This document shows positions 27,555-36,993 of a stretch of 64,000 nt of DNA, one piece after another. How positions within the stretch are numbered: the stretch's first letter is position 1; each line of letters begins with the position of its first letter. The stretch covers positions 1,239 through 65,238 of the forward strand of contig JBNKLP010000004.1 of NCBI GenBank assembly GCA_050292425.1. The letters run 5' to 3'. Position numbers and translations under genes: made by a program. The DNA comes from Candidatus Nanoarchaeia archaeon (lineage in GTDB: Archaea; Nanobdellota; Nanobdellia; Woesearchaeales; UBA583). Below the pieces are notes generated by a model. It did no database searches. It worked only from the letters and a program-made list of their open reading frames with translations, and had not been told where the DNA came from.

Positions 27555-28252
27555 TCAAGGTCATGTATTACAATTCCCTTGTTATTTATTTCCATTGGGT
27601 GCAGATCTTCGTTGTTTTTGGTTTTTCGCATTTTTTTAATGACAAGATTTCTTGAATAGTCTCCTCCCAAAGATTCATATTCGATTTTGATTACTCCGTC
27701 ACATAAATACTGGGCAATTCTGTCACTGATTTTTTCTCCTTCTTGAGAGACTATTATGGAAGTCAATTCAGGTATTTCTTTGAATTTTGTTAAGAATGAA
27801 TACAGAAATTTTTTGATACTATAATTGTCTACATGTCCACTTTTTGAATTTTCAGGAGTTATGAATGAGAGTGTAGTTATTGAATCTATCACTATTCTTT
27901 TGGATCCAGTATTCTCAATAATCTCAATCATTTCATTTATTGTATTTTTTGATATGTCTTCAGTTCCAATTGATATTATTCTTACTTTTTTTGATTTTTC
28001 CAGTTTTTGGAAATCCCATCCAAATTGTGCAGCTTGCTCAAGAAGAGAATCTTTTTTTTCTTCAAATGAGAAGTATATTCCTTTTTCATTTTCCTTTGTT
28101 GCACCATTGTAGAGATATTCTAGGGAGAAGATTGTCTTTCCAGTTCCAGGACCTCCACTTATCAAGATATTACTACTTATAGGAAATCCTCCTTCAACCA
28201 ATTTATCAAATCCAGGAATGTTTGTTTTTGTTCTTTGATTTTTGTTTGCCAT
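27551..28252 (-). CDS. KaiC-like / RecA-superfamily single-domain ATPase
   Basis: IPGFDKLVEGGFPISSNILISGGPGTGKTIFSLEYLYNG...GIYFSFEE...FGWDF, with Walker B-like RIVIDSIT. This is the archaeal KaiC/ArlH-like family pattern. Confidence 0.8.
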   Translation of the reverse strand: MANKNQRTKTNIPGFDKLVEGGFPISSNILISGGPGTGKTIFSLEYLYNGATKENEKGIYFSFEEKKDSLLEQAAQFGWDFQKLEKSKKVRIISIGTEDISKNTINEMIEIIENTGSKRIVIDSITTLSFITPENSKSGHVDNYSIKKFLYSFLTKFKEIPELTSIIVSQEGEKISDRIAQYLCDGVIKIEYESLGGDYSRNLVIKKMRKTKNNEDLHPMEINNKGIVIHDLD

Positions 28253-28254
28253 TC

Positions 28255-28548
28255 TTAATATTTATTTACACAAAATATCATTATTTTTTTTGTGTTTGTT
28301 TCAATTGTTTTACATTTTATGCTGTCTGAGAGCATAATATTGTGTCTGTAGTCTCTTGGAACTAGTATGTATTTTGTTGAGTCTCTTTTTCCTCTTTGGA
28401 CTAGTCTTGTAAAATCGTTTAAATTTTCTTCTGAAAATATATGAATTTTTTCAAGTTCTCCTGCAAGATCTGAGTATTCATTGTTTGTTATTTCCAGTGT
28501 CACAGTCACTTTATCATTGTTTGTCTGAATTTTTGTAATCTTACCCAT
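28255..28548 (-). CDS. small hypothetical protein (97 aa), first gene of KaiC-like operon
   Basis: ORF ends 2 nt before the KaiC-like start. TATA-like TATATAAAA (28569-28577, minus sense) lies 21-29 nt upstream. Confidence 0.5.
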   Translation of the reverse strand: MGKITKIQTNNDKVTVTLEITNNEYSDLAGELEKIHIFSEENLNDFTRLVQRGKRDSTKYILVPRDYRHNIMLSDSIKCKTIETNTKKIMIFCVNKY

Positions 28549-28666
28549 GACATTTTAATTATATGTTATTTTATATACTTTTTTATTAATTTTGCAAAGA
28601 ACAGGTATTTTTGGATAAATTTTGATGCTTTTTTTCAATTTTTTCAATTTTTTTTTGACAAATAAC

Positions 28667-29338
28667 TTATCTTTTTTTATTTCCAAATTGATTGAAGAAT
28701 ATTTTTGAGGTTGGATCATCCTTACTTATAGAAGGATTTTCAAGAGGATATCCTACAGGAATTATTGCATCAACTATTTTCTCAGGAGGAATTCCCAAAA
28801 AATCTTTTAATACTTCATTGTCATATGCTTCAACCCAGCATGCACCCAAGTTATGGAAATGTGCCATCATTAAAATATTTTCAATTAGGGCTGCTGTATT
28901 CTGAATTGCGTAGGTTTGTCCTTCATTTGGGTACATTTCGCATAGGTGATAGTTGTCTCTTACAATTATTATTAACATTGGGGCATCAGATATCCAGTAT
29001 TGTTGGAATGCAAGTTTTCCTAGTTCGTATTTTTTCTTTTTATCTGAGATGAGAATTATGTTATAATTTTGTATGTTTCCGGCTGCTGGTGCGTTTAATC
29101 CGCATTCGACTATATCATGTATTATTTCCCAAGGAACTTCTTTGTTTGAAAATTTCCTAATACTTCGTCTTGTTCTGAATTTTTCTGAGGCAATTTTGGG
29201 CAAATTGTTTTTTAGTTCATCTAATTCTTTTTGAAGTCTTTTAATAATTTTTTCTGGAGGTTCTTTTGATGGGTTGCTATCTGGAGAATAGTAGGAGTTG
29301 CTTGAAGATGCAAATAGGTTTTTGATTTTGTCTTTCAT
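28667..29338 (-). CDS. nitroreductase-family protein with N-terminal extension
   Basis: RRSIRKFSNKEVPWEIIHDIVECGLNAPAAGNIQ...FHNLGACWV is the nitroreductase fold signature. About 55 extra N-terminal residues. Confidence 0.7.
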   Translation of the reverse strand: MKDKIKNLFASSSNSYYSPDSNPSKEPPEKIIKRLQKELDELKNNLPKIASEKFRTRRSIRKFSNKEVPWEIIHDIVECGLNAPAAGNIQNYNIILISDKKKKYELGKLAFQQYWISDAPMLIIIVRDNYHLCEMYPNEGQTYAIQNTAALIENILMMAHFHNLGACWVEAYDNEVLKDFLGIPPEKIVDAIIPVGYPLENPSISKDDPTSKIFFNQFGNKKR

Positions 29339-29382
29339 GATATTTCATTGAATAAGGTTATTTATAATATTTTCTTATAATC

Positions 29383-32004
29383 TTAAAAGAACTTATCTAA
29401 TTTTGAGGATTTGTCATTCAAACTTTTCTTGTTTCTTTTCTGCATGGTTTGTTTGAATTCCTGTTTTATCCTGATTTCTTCTTTTTCTTCTATGTTTTCT
29501 TGAACTTGCTTTGCCCTATCAAGAACTTCTTTAGGAATTCCTGCAAGTTTTCCTACATAGATTCCATATGATTTGTCTGTTCCTCCTTTGACAATTTTTC
29601 TTATGAATTCGACTTTTTCTCCTTCTTCTCTTACAAGTACATTGTAGTTTTCGATGTTGTCATAAAATTCGGAGAGTTTGTTTAATTGATGATAGTGTGT
29701 TGCAAAGATTGTGTCTGCTTCAATGCTTGATAGTTGCTCAGTTACTGCCCATGCTATTGCAAGTCCATCGTAGGTGGAAGTTCCTCTTCCAATTTCATCT
29801 AACAATACTAGTGATTTGTTTGTTGCATTGTTCAGGATGTTTGCAGTTTCAGACATTTCTACCATGAATGTAGATTGACCTTCTGAGAGTTCATCATGAG
29901 CACCAATTCTTGTGAATACTCTATCATATATTTTTAGGGTGGCAGCAGTTGCGGGAATGAATGAACCTGATTGCGCCATTATCGTTAAAAGTGCATTTTG
30001 TCTTAAGAAAGTGCTTTTTCCTGACATATTTGGGCCTGTAATTATTTTAAGAGATTCTTCTTTGTTGAAGAGAGTATCGTTTGGTATGAATGAGGATACG
30101 AATTGTTCAACTATTGGGTTTCTTCCTTCAGTTACGTTAGTAATATTTTCATCAAATTTTGGCCGGGTGTAGTTGTAGAGTTGAGAGTTTAGAGAAGAAG
30201 TTGCAAGAACATCCAAAAGAGCAATTTTTTTTGATATTTCCTGGAATTTTTTTGTGTATGTTTTTAGTTTTGTTATTAGATCGTCAAATATTTCTAGTTC
30301 AAGAGTTTTTATTTTTTCTTCTGCACCAAGTATCTGGTTTTCTTTTTCTTTTAATTCAGGTGTAATGTATCTTGATGCATTTACCAAAGTTTGTTTTACT
30401 TCATAGTCCTCAGGTACTTTTCCACTTTGGGATTTAGGGATTTCTATGTAGTATCCAAATATCTTATTGTATTTGATTTTCAGAGTGTTTATTCCTGTTC
30501 TTAATCTTTGGGTTTCTTCAAGTTCTTTTATGAAATCTTTTGAGTTGTGAGTAATTGAGAATAGTTCTTCTAGTTGCTGAGTGTATGTTTTTTTTATGAA
30601 TCCTATGTCTCTTGTGTGGGATGGAGCATCATCAATTATTGCCTTGTCAAGCAGATCTGTTATTTGAGGAAGTGAGTCAAGTTTTTTTATATCTTGAATT
30701 AGTTTGGTTTGGAATATTTGGAGTATCTGTTTTAGCTGGGGAATTTTTTGCAAGGATATTTTTAATGCAAAAAGATCTTTAGGAGATGCAACTCCAGATG
30801 ATATTCTCGAGGTGATTCTTTCTATGTCTGAGAATTCCTCAAGTGTTTCTCTTATGTCATTTCTTTCCAAAGAGAGTTCGTTTATTTCTTCAATTGCATC
30901 TAGTCTTTCATTGATTTTTTTTACCTCTAATAATGGGTTTGTTAAATGTTTTTTGAGAAGACGAGAACCAGCTGAAGTTTTACACTTGTTAAGAATTCCA
31001 AATAGAGTTTTTGATGTGTCTTTTGAGAATATGCTTTCAGTTATTTCCAAGTTTCTTAGAGAGATTGCATCTAGTATCATGTTTGATGAGAGAGAGATGT
31101 ATTTTAAAGAGTTGATGTGGGAAAGTTCTAGTTTTTGGAGTTTGTATATATAAAATAAAAGTGCTCCTGAAGATATTATTGAGTATTCTTTTTGATCTAG
31201 TCCTAATTGATCACCAGTATGTCCGAATTGTTTTTTTAGAATTTCATTTGCATAGTTTAAATTGAATCTTATGTCTGAGAGAAAGTTGTAGTAGATATTT
31301 GAGTTTTTTATGAATTCTTTTAGTCCTCTGGCAAATGAGGATTCGTTCATTATAATCTCATTTGGAGAGTATTTTCTAATAGTTGTTTTTATATCATCTA
31401 GGTTTGTTATTTGAGTTGTGAGAAATTCTCCTGTTGTGATATCAACAAGTGAAAGTCCGTATTTTTCTGAGATGTTTTTTGGAGAATAAATGCACATTAT
31501 GAAGTTATTTTCAAATGATGGTAAGTACTCATCTTCAAGAATTGTTCCTGGAGTTATTATTCTTGTGATGCCTCTTTTTACTAATCCTTTTGCTTGTTTT
31601 GGGTCTTCAAGCTGTTCGCACATTGCAATTTTGAAGTTGTTTTGAACCAGTTTTCTGATGTATGGGGTGATAGAGTGAAATGGCACACCTGCCATTGGAG
31701 TGTCTCCTCTTTTTGTTAGTGTGATTCCAAGTACTTGTGAGCAAGTTTTTGCATCATCATAAAATGTTTCGTAAAAGTCTCCTGCCCTGAATAAAAGTAT
31801 GCAGTCTGAGTACTGCTGTTTTAGTTCCAAAAATTGTTTCATCATTGGAGTTACTTTTTCAGGGACTTCCATATGAATTGAAGGGTTTGGTGTTTTTATA
31901 AGTTTTTTGTGTGCTGAGGTTTTAAAAATCTTTTTTAATTTACATAAATATTTTTTTTCTTTAATTTTTGTAATTTTATCCAAACTTGAGTTATTTTTAT
32001 CCAA
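29383..32004 (-). CDS. mutS: DNA mismatch repair protein MutS (bacterial MutS1 type)
   Basis: TPMMKQFLELKQQYSDCILLFRAGDFYETFYDDA is the mismatch-binding domain. Walker A ITGPNMSGKSTFLRQ, then LVLLDEIGRGTSTYDG and FATHYH. The ATG at 31872 (MEVPEKV) may be the true start. Confidence 0.9.
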   Translation of the reverse strand: MDKNNSSLDKITKIKEKKYLCKLKKIFKTSAHKKLIKTPNPSIHMEVPEKVTPMMKQFLELKQQYSDCILLFRAGDFYETFYDDAKTCSQVLGITLTKRGDTPMAGVPFHSITPYIRKLVQNNFKIAMCEQLEDPKQAKGLVKRGITRIITPGTILEDEYLPSFENNFIMCIYSPKNISEKYGLSLVDITTGEFLTTQITNLDDIKTTIRKYSPNEIIMNESSFARGLKEFIKNSNIYYNFLSDIRFNLNYANEILKKQFGHTGDQLGLDQKEYSIISSGALLFYIYKLQKLELSHINSLKYISLSSNMILDAISLRNLEITESIFSKDTSKTLFGILNKCKTSAGSRLLKKHLTNPLLEVKKINERLDAIEEINELSLERNDIRETLEEFSDIERITSRISSGVASPKDLFALKISLQKIPQLKQILQIFQTKLIQDIKKLDSLPQITDLLDKAIIDDAPSHTRDIGFIKKTYTQQLEELFSITHNSKDFIKELEETQRLRTGINTLKIKYNKIFGYYIEIPKSQSGKVPEDYEVKQTLVNASRYITPELKEKENQILGAEEKIKTLELEIFDDLITKLKTYTKKFQEISKKIALLDVLATSSLNSQLYNYTRPKFDENITNVTEGRNPIVEQFVSSFIPNDTLFNKEESLKIITGPNMSGKSTFLRQNALLTIMAQSGSFIPATAATLKIYDRVFTRIGAHDELSEGQSTFMVEMSETANILNNATNKSLVLLDEIGRGTSTYDGLAIAWAVTEQLSSIEADTIFATHYHQLNKLSEFYDNIENYNVLVREEGEKVEFIRKIVKGGTDKSYGIYVGKLAGIPKEVLDRAKQVQENIEEKEEIRIKQEFKQTMQKRNKKSLNDKSSKLDKFF

Positions 32005-32081
32005 AATATATGAATATTTTCAAAACTTTTTAATTAAGTTTATAAATTTGGAGTTATTATTGATAAATAGGTGTTTTTATA

Positions 32082-33011
32082 ATGTCCCATGATGATTTGG
32101 TAAATTTTGCTACAAGATTTAAAATAGATAAATTTTCAACATTAGGAACTGATATGTTAAAATTATTGACTGACAAAGATTTGGGCTGGGGCGAATTAGC
32201 TGATTATATCTCAGAGGACCCATCATTGAGTGCAAGAGTTTTGCATATTGCTAATAATTCTGTTTTGTATGCTTCTTTTATTAGTGGAAGAATTGAGAGT
32301 TTGAATCTTGCATGCTCAAGATTAGGTCCTAATGAACTTTTGAAAATTATTCTTTCACATAAGCTTTCTGAAATTTATAATGATTCAAAGCTTAGAGATA
32401 TTCTTAATTTTAGTCTTTTGACATCTGAAAACTGTAGTATATATTATGACGGGATTTTTAATGAAGAAGAATACCCAGGTGCAGATTCCATGTTTTCTGT
32501 TGGTTTGCTGAGTAGGATAGGTTTTGCTTTTGCTTATGGAGAAAGGAAGAAATCTGATGAGGTTTTGGTTAGTCAGGGTTGTCTTAGTATAGAAGAACAG
32601 GAAGAAAAGTTTGGATTTAATAATATGGATTTAGGTTCAACAATTTTGAATAGTCTTGGGTTTCCTGATATTTTTGTTTATGTTACTGCCACAAATCATG
32701 AAAGAAAAAGGGTTGCTCAGAACAAGGCATTGAGTAGTTATTTAATAAATAAATTTGATAGGGCAGCAGAATTGCTTAGATGTTCTGAACAGGTTTCTTC
32801 TAATATTTTAGATGTTCCTGAAAATGGGTATATTAAGTTTTTTGAAGGTGATTTCTCTAATTTGGATTCTGGTGCTTTAGAAGATAGGATTGATTTTGGG
32901 AAAGTCGATTTTGTTAAAAGAAGATATTTTTCTGAAAGAGATTTTTCTGAAAGATTTAAGATATCTTTTGAAAAATATAAGAGACATAAATCTTCGGGTG
33001 TGATAAAATGA
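32082..33011 (+). CDS. HDOD-domain protein
   Basis: ISEDPSLSARVLHIANNSVLY...IESLNLACSRLGPNELLKIIL and EEKFGFNNMDLGSTILNSLGFPD follow the HDOD pattern. GLLSRIG replaces GLLHDIG. Confidence 0.6.
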   Translation: MSHDDLVNFATRFKIDKFSTLGTDMLKLLTDKDLGWGELADYISEDPSLSARVLHIANNSVLYASFISGRIESLNLACSRLGPNELLKIILSHKLSEIYNDSKLRDILNFSLLTSENCSIYYDGIFNEEEYPGADSMFSVGLLSRIGFAFAYGERKKSDEVLVSQGCLSIEEQEEKFGFNNMDLGSTILNSLGFPDIFVYVTATNHERKRVAQNKALSSYLINKFDRAAELLRCSEQVSSNILDVPENGYIKFFEGDFSNLDSGALEDRIDFGKVDFVKRRYFSERDFSERFKISFEKYKRHKSSGVIK

Positions 33012-33931
33012 ATGTTCAAGAAAATGTGGATATCTTGGTAGAATTAGAAAATTTAAAAAGAGCAAATGAGGAATTAAAAAGAAGGAACCAGGATCTTGAA
33101 AGTTTAATTCTTAGTGTTAAGCCCAAGTCTTATCTGGAGGAACTTGAATCTGAAAGGGGAAAGGTTCTTGCCACTATCAAGAATTGTGTTATTCCTTATT
33201 ATCAGCCAAAGGTTGATTTATTAAGTGGAGCAATTGTTGGTGCTGAAGCTCTTGCAAGAGTTATGGAAGGAGGTAAAGTTTTTGGTCCAGATAGAATCTT
33301 AAAAGCCTCTGACAAATATAATTTAATTTCTGTTTTAGACGGAGTTGTTTTTGATAAAGTTTGCAGAGATATAAGAACTTGGCAAGATAAATATTCAATA
33401 TTTGTGCCAATTGCAGTTAATGGTTCGACAAGAACTTTTGAAAATACTAATTTTGTTGAAGATGTAAATATTTCATTGAATAAGTATGGTTTATCTGGAG
33501 AGATGGTTGAACTTGAGTTGACAGAACAAATTTCAGAAGAGGATTCAGGAATTATTAAAAAAAATATGGATGAACTTATACGTTGTGGAATTCAGATATG
33601 GATAGATGATTATGGTGTTGGTTATTCTGCAGCTGCAAGATTGAAATATTTTCCAATAACAGGTTTGAAAGTTGACAGATCTTATGTTAGGGATTATGAA
33701 GATGATGTAAATAAAATATTAATTGCTTCCATGTTTGAGATTGCCAGAAATCTTGGGATGAGTACAGTTGGAGAGGGTATTGAAAGTGTAGGCCATTGTG
33801 CTTATCTTACTGAGCTTGGTTGTAATCATGGCCAAGGATATTTTTTTGCAAAGCCAATGCCTGCAGAAGATTTTGGAATGATTCTTGCAAGTGGAAAGCA
33901 GTATGATCTGAATACTGGTGAGTTGGTTTGA
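33008..33931 (+). CDS. EAL-domain protein (putative c-di-GMP phosphodiesterase) with N-terminal coiled coil
   Basis: All EAL motifs occur in order: YYQPKV, GAEALARV, VNGS, ELELTEQ, WIDDYGVGYS, LKVDRSYV, EGIES, QGYFFAKP. 4-nt ATGA overlap with the HDOD gene. Confidence 0.85.
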   Translation: MNVQENVDILVELENLKRANEELKRRNQDLESLILSVKPKSYLEELESERGKVLATIKNCVIPYYQPKVDLLSGAIVGAEALARVMEGGKVFGPDRILKASDKYNLISVLDGVVFDKVCRDIRTWQDKYSIFVPIAVNGSTRTFENTNFVEDVNISLNKYGLSGEMVELELTEQISEEDSGIIKKNMDELIRCGIQIWIDDYGVGYSAAARLKYFPITGLKVDRSYVRDYEDDVNKILIASMFEIARNLGMSTVGEGIESVGHCAYLTELGCNHGQGYFFAKPMPAEDFGMILASGKQYDLNTGELV

Positions 33932-33988
33932 TTTGTTGTTTTTTTATAGAATAAAAAGATATAAAAAAGAGTGTTTTTTGAATTTGTT

Positions 33989-34912
33989 ATGGATACAAAT
34001 AAGGGAGAGCAAGGTTATTTGAATTTGCTTAAAGAACTTCTTGAACAAGGTGCATCAAAGGACGATAGAACAGGAGTTGGAACTATTTCCAAGTTTGGAC
34101 ATCAGCTTAGATTTGATTTGAGTAAAGGGTTTCCACTTCTTACAACAAAGAAAGTTTTTATGAGGGGAATTACTCATGAGTTGCTTTGGTTTTTGAAGGG
34201 AAGTACTAATATTAAATATTTGGTAGATAATAATGTTGGTATTTGGAATGAGTGGCCTTTTGCGGCGTATTTGAAGAAGAATGATTTAGAAGAGAAATTT
34301 CCAAGATATTCAGAGGAGTGGTATGAGAAGTTGAATTGGTTTGTTGAACAAGTAAAGCAAGATGATGAGTTTGCTGCGAAGTGGGGTGAGCTTGGACCTG
34401 TTTATGGTAAGCAATGGAGAGATTTTAATGGATTTGATCAGATTAAATGGGTTGTTGAAGAGATTAAGAAGAATCCAAATTCTAGGAGGTTGATTGTTTC
34501 TGCTTGGAATGCCTCAGAAATTGAGGAGATGGCAAAGTCAGGTCTTCCTCCATGTCATACTTTGTTTCAGTTTTATGTTAAGGATGGAAAGCTTTCATGC
34601 CAGCTTTATCAGAGGAGTGCTGATGTGTTTTTGGGAGTGCCTTTTAATATTGCATCGTACGCTTTATTGACTATGATGGTGGCTCAGGTTTGTGATTTGG
34701 AGCCTGGAGATTTTGTGCATACTTTTGGTGATGTTCACATTTACAATAATCATATTAAACAAGTTCAGGAGCAGCTTTCAAGAGAGATTCGTGAGTTACC
34801 TAAGATGAAGATCAATTCAAATGTGAAGGATATTTTTGAGTTCAAGTTTGAGGATTTTGAGGTTGTAGATTATGATCCACATCCTCCAATTAAGGCTCCG
34901 GTTGCTGTGTGA
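33989..34912 (+). CDS. thyA: thymidylate synthase (ThyA)
   Basis: [56 protein letters not shown] and [13 protein letters not shown] are the canonical ThyA motifs. The ORF also allows a GTG start at 33971. Confidence 0.95.
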   Translation: MDTNKGEQGYLNLLKELLEQGASKDDRTGVGTISKFGHQLRFDLSKGFPLLTTKKVFMRGITHELLWFLKGSTNIKYLVDNNVGIWNEWPFAAYLKKNDLEEKFPRYSEEWYEKLNWFVEQVKQDDEFAAKWGELGPVYGKQWRDFNGFDQIKWVVEEIKKNPNSRRLIVSAWNASEIEEMAKSGLPPCHTLFQFYVKDGKLSCQLYQRSADVFLGVPFNIASYALLTMMVAQVCDLEPGDFVHTFGDVHIYNNHIKQVQEQLSREIRELPKMKINSNVKDIFEFKFEDFEVVDYDPHPPIKAPVAV

Positions 34913-34914
34913 AA

Positions 34915-35388
34915 ATGGTAGTTTATTCTTTGATTGCTGCTGTGCCTGATAATTGGGTTATTGGAAATGGATTGAAGATTCCATGGTATATCCCAGAAGA
35001 TTTTAAGTTGTTTAAGCAGAGAACTACAGATTCTGTAGTTATCATGGGAAAGACTACTTGGGATTCACTTCCAATAAAACCTTTGCCAAATAGAGTTAAT
35101 ATTGTTTTGAACAAGGAAAGAGAAGAAGTAGAAGGAGCTATTGTTTGTTGCTCGATTGATGAGGCTTTAAAGGAGGCTTCTAAGTATGGGAAAGAGATTT
35201 TTTGTATGGGAGGAGCTTCAATTTATAGACAGATGATTGGAGATGCCACTTATTTGTATATTTCTCATGTTAGAGGAGAGTTTGAAGGAGATGTGTTTTT
35301 TCCCAAGTTTGATGTGAATGATTATGAAGTTGTTGAAGAAGTTCCTTTTGAGAAGTTTGTGTTTAGGAAGTATCGAAAGAAAGAATAA
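34915..35388 (+). CDS. folA: dihydrofolate reductase
   Basis: IAAV..NWVIG..GKIPW..PEDFKLFKQRT....VIMGKTTWDSLP...LPNRVNIVL...GGASIY. Overlaps or abuts the thyA stop (alternative GTG at 34909). Confidence 0.85.
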   Translation: MVVYSLIAAVPDNWVIGNGLKIPWYIPEDFKLFKQRTTDSVVIMGKTTWDSLPIKPLPNRVNIVLNKEREEVEGAIVCCSIDEALKEASKYGKEIFCMGGASIYRQMIGDATYLYISHVRGEFEGDVFFPKFDVNDYEVVEEVPFEKFVFRKYRKKE

Positions 35389-35565
35389 GTTTATAAATAA
35401 ATTGTTCTATACTATAGTTAGGTTAGAAATAAATTAATGATATTTTATATCTTTTATTTTACTCTTTTTAGAGGTTTTTGGACGGATTTCGTGGGAATTT
35501 TCTAAGTAAGAGTTCTAAGGTTTATTTCTATTCTGCAAAAAAATTTACGATTAAAATATAGAAAA

Positions 35566-36909
35566 ATGGTAAAAATGTACGCAGTAGGTGGAGTTGATGA
35601 AGCTGGAAGAAATATGATGGCTTTTGAAGTCGGAGATGAAATTATTATTTGTGATATGGGTTTGCAGTTGTCAAATCTTGTATTGTATAATGATGAAGTT
35701 GACAAGATGGATTTGGATGGTCTTGTTGAAAAGAACATTGTAGCTGATCCTAAAATGCTTATGGATAAGAAGGACAAGGTGAAGGCTATTGTTGTTTCAC
35801 ATGCTCATTTGGATCATGTTGGAGCAGTTCAGTATATGGCAAATTTGTTTCCACAGGCTCCAGTTTATGGAACTCCTTTTACAATTGAAGTTTTGAAAGT
35901 TTTGATGAAGTCACAAAGAAATGTTGCAGCACCTTTGAAGAATAAGTTCATTAAAGTAAATGTTAATTCATCTTTTACACTTCCATCAGGACTAGAGGTA
36001 GAGTTGATTAATGTTACTCATTCAATTCCACAGGCAGCAATTGTTGCAATTCATGATCCTGAAGGAATTATATTGTATGCAAATGATTTTAAGTTTGACA
36101 ACAGACCTGCATTAGGACAGAGAACTAATTATCAGAGGTTGAGAGAGCTTGATGAGATAGGAATTAAGCTTTTAGTAGTTGATAGTGTTAGAAGTAATCT
36201 TAAGAGAAAGACTCTTTCAGAGATTGTGGTTAAAGAGATGCTTAGAGATATCTTTATTGAGACAGATATTGTTAACACACAGGCTGTTATTATTACTACT
36301 TTTGCATCCCATATTACAAGACTTAAGTCAATTATGGAGTTAACACAGGAGCTTGGAAGAAAGCTTGTCTTCCTTGGTAGAAGTATTTCAAAGTATGGAA
36401 AAGCAGCTAAGAATGCTGGAATTATTGATTTTAGAGAAAAGGGAATTGAGATTGCAGAGACACCACAGGAAGTTAATAAGTGGCTTGATATAGTTAACAA
36501 GAACAAGAAGGATTACATTATTGTTTGTACAGGACATCAGGGAGAGCCTAATGCAGTTCTTTCAAAGATTGCTGAGGGTAGAACTCCTTTTGAGCTTAAG
36601 GAAGATGACAAGGTTGTTTTCTCGTCAGAAGTTATTCCTACACAAGTTAACATTGAAGCAAGACAAGTTTTGGACGCTAAGCTTGATTCATTCAGATGTA
36701 AGGTTTTCAAGGATATTCATGTTTCAGGACATGCTTCAAGAGAGGATCATAGGGACATGCTTGGTATGATTCATCCTAAACACATTATCCCAGTTCATGG
36801 TCATGTAAGATTAAAGGAAGGTATGATTGAGCTTGCTGAAGAGCTTGGATATGAAGATGGAAAGACACTTCATGTTATTCCAGATCAGCAGATTATTGAA
36901 ATCAAGTAA
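35566..36909 (+). CDS. rnj: ribonuclease J-like beta-CASP metallo-beta-lactamase
   Basis: YAVGGVDEAGRNMMAFEV.DEIIICDMG (the RNase J N-terminal pattern), SHAHLDHVGA (HxHxDH), and late HVSGHASREDH plus the PVHG motif. The size (447 aa) fits archaeal RNase J. Confidence 0.75.
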   Translation: MVKMYAVGGVDEAGRNMMAFEVGDEIIICDMGLQLSNLVLYNDEVDKMDLDGLVEKNIVADPKMLMDKKDKVKAIVVSHAHLDHVGAVQYMANLFPQAPVYGTPFTIEVLKVLMKSQRNVAAPLKNKFIKVNVNSSFTLPSGLEVELINVTHSIPQAAIVAIHDPEGIILYANDFKFDNRPALGQRTNYQRLRELDEIGIKLLVVDSVRSNLKRKTLSEIVVKEMLRDIFIETDIVNTQAVIITTFASHITRLKSIMELTQELGRKLVFLGRSISKYGKAAKNAGIIDFREKGIEIAETPQEVNKWLDIVNKNKKDYIIVCTGHQGEPNAVLSKIAEGRTPFELKEDDKVVFSSEVIPTQVNIEARQVLDAKLDSFRCKVFKDIHVSGHASREDHRDMLGMIHPKHIIPVHGHVRLKEGMIELAEELGYEDGKTLHVIPDQQIIEIK

Positions 36910-36993
36910 TCTTTTCTTTTTCTTAACTTGAGAGTAATTATTTTAGAAAGATTTTTATAGTTATTAGTTTCTTGTTGTTTTAGGAGAGATTAA

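Noticed and set aside
28620-28655. Short tandem TTTTCAATT repeats and T-runs as a possible CRISPR or minisatellite
   Set aside because: There are only two copies of a low-complexity 9-mer within a T-rich terminator/promoter gap. There is no spacer-repeat periodicity.
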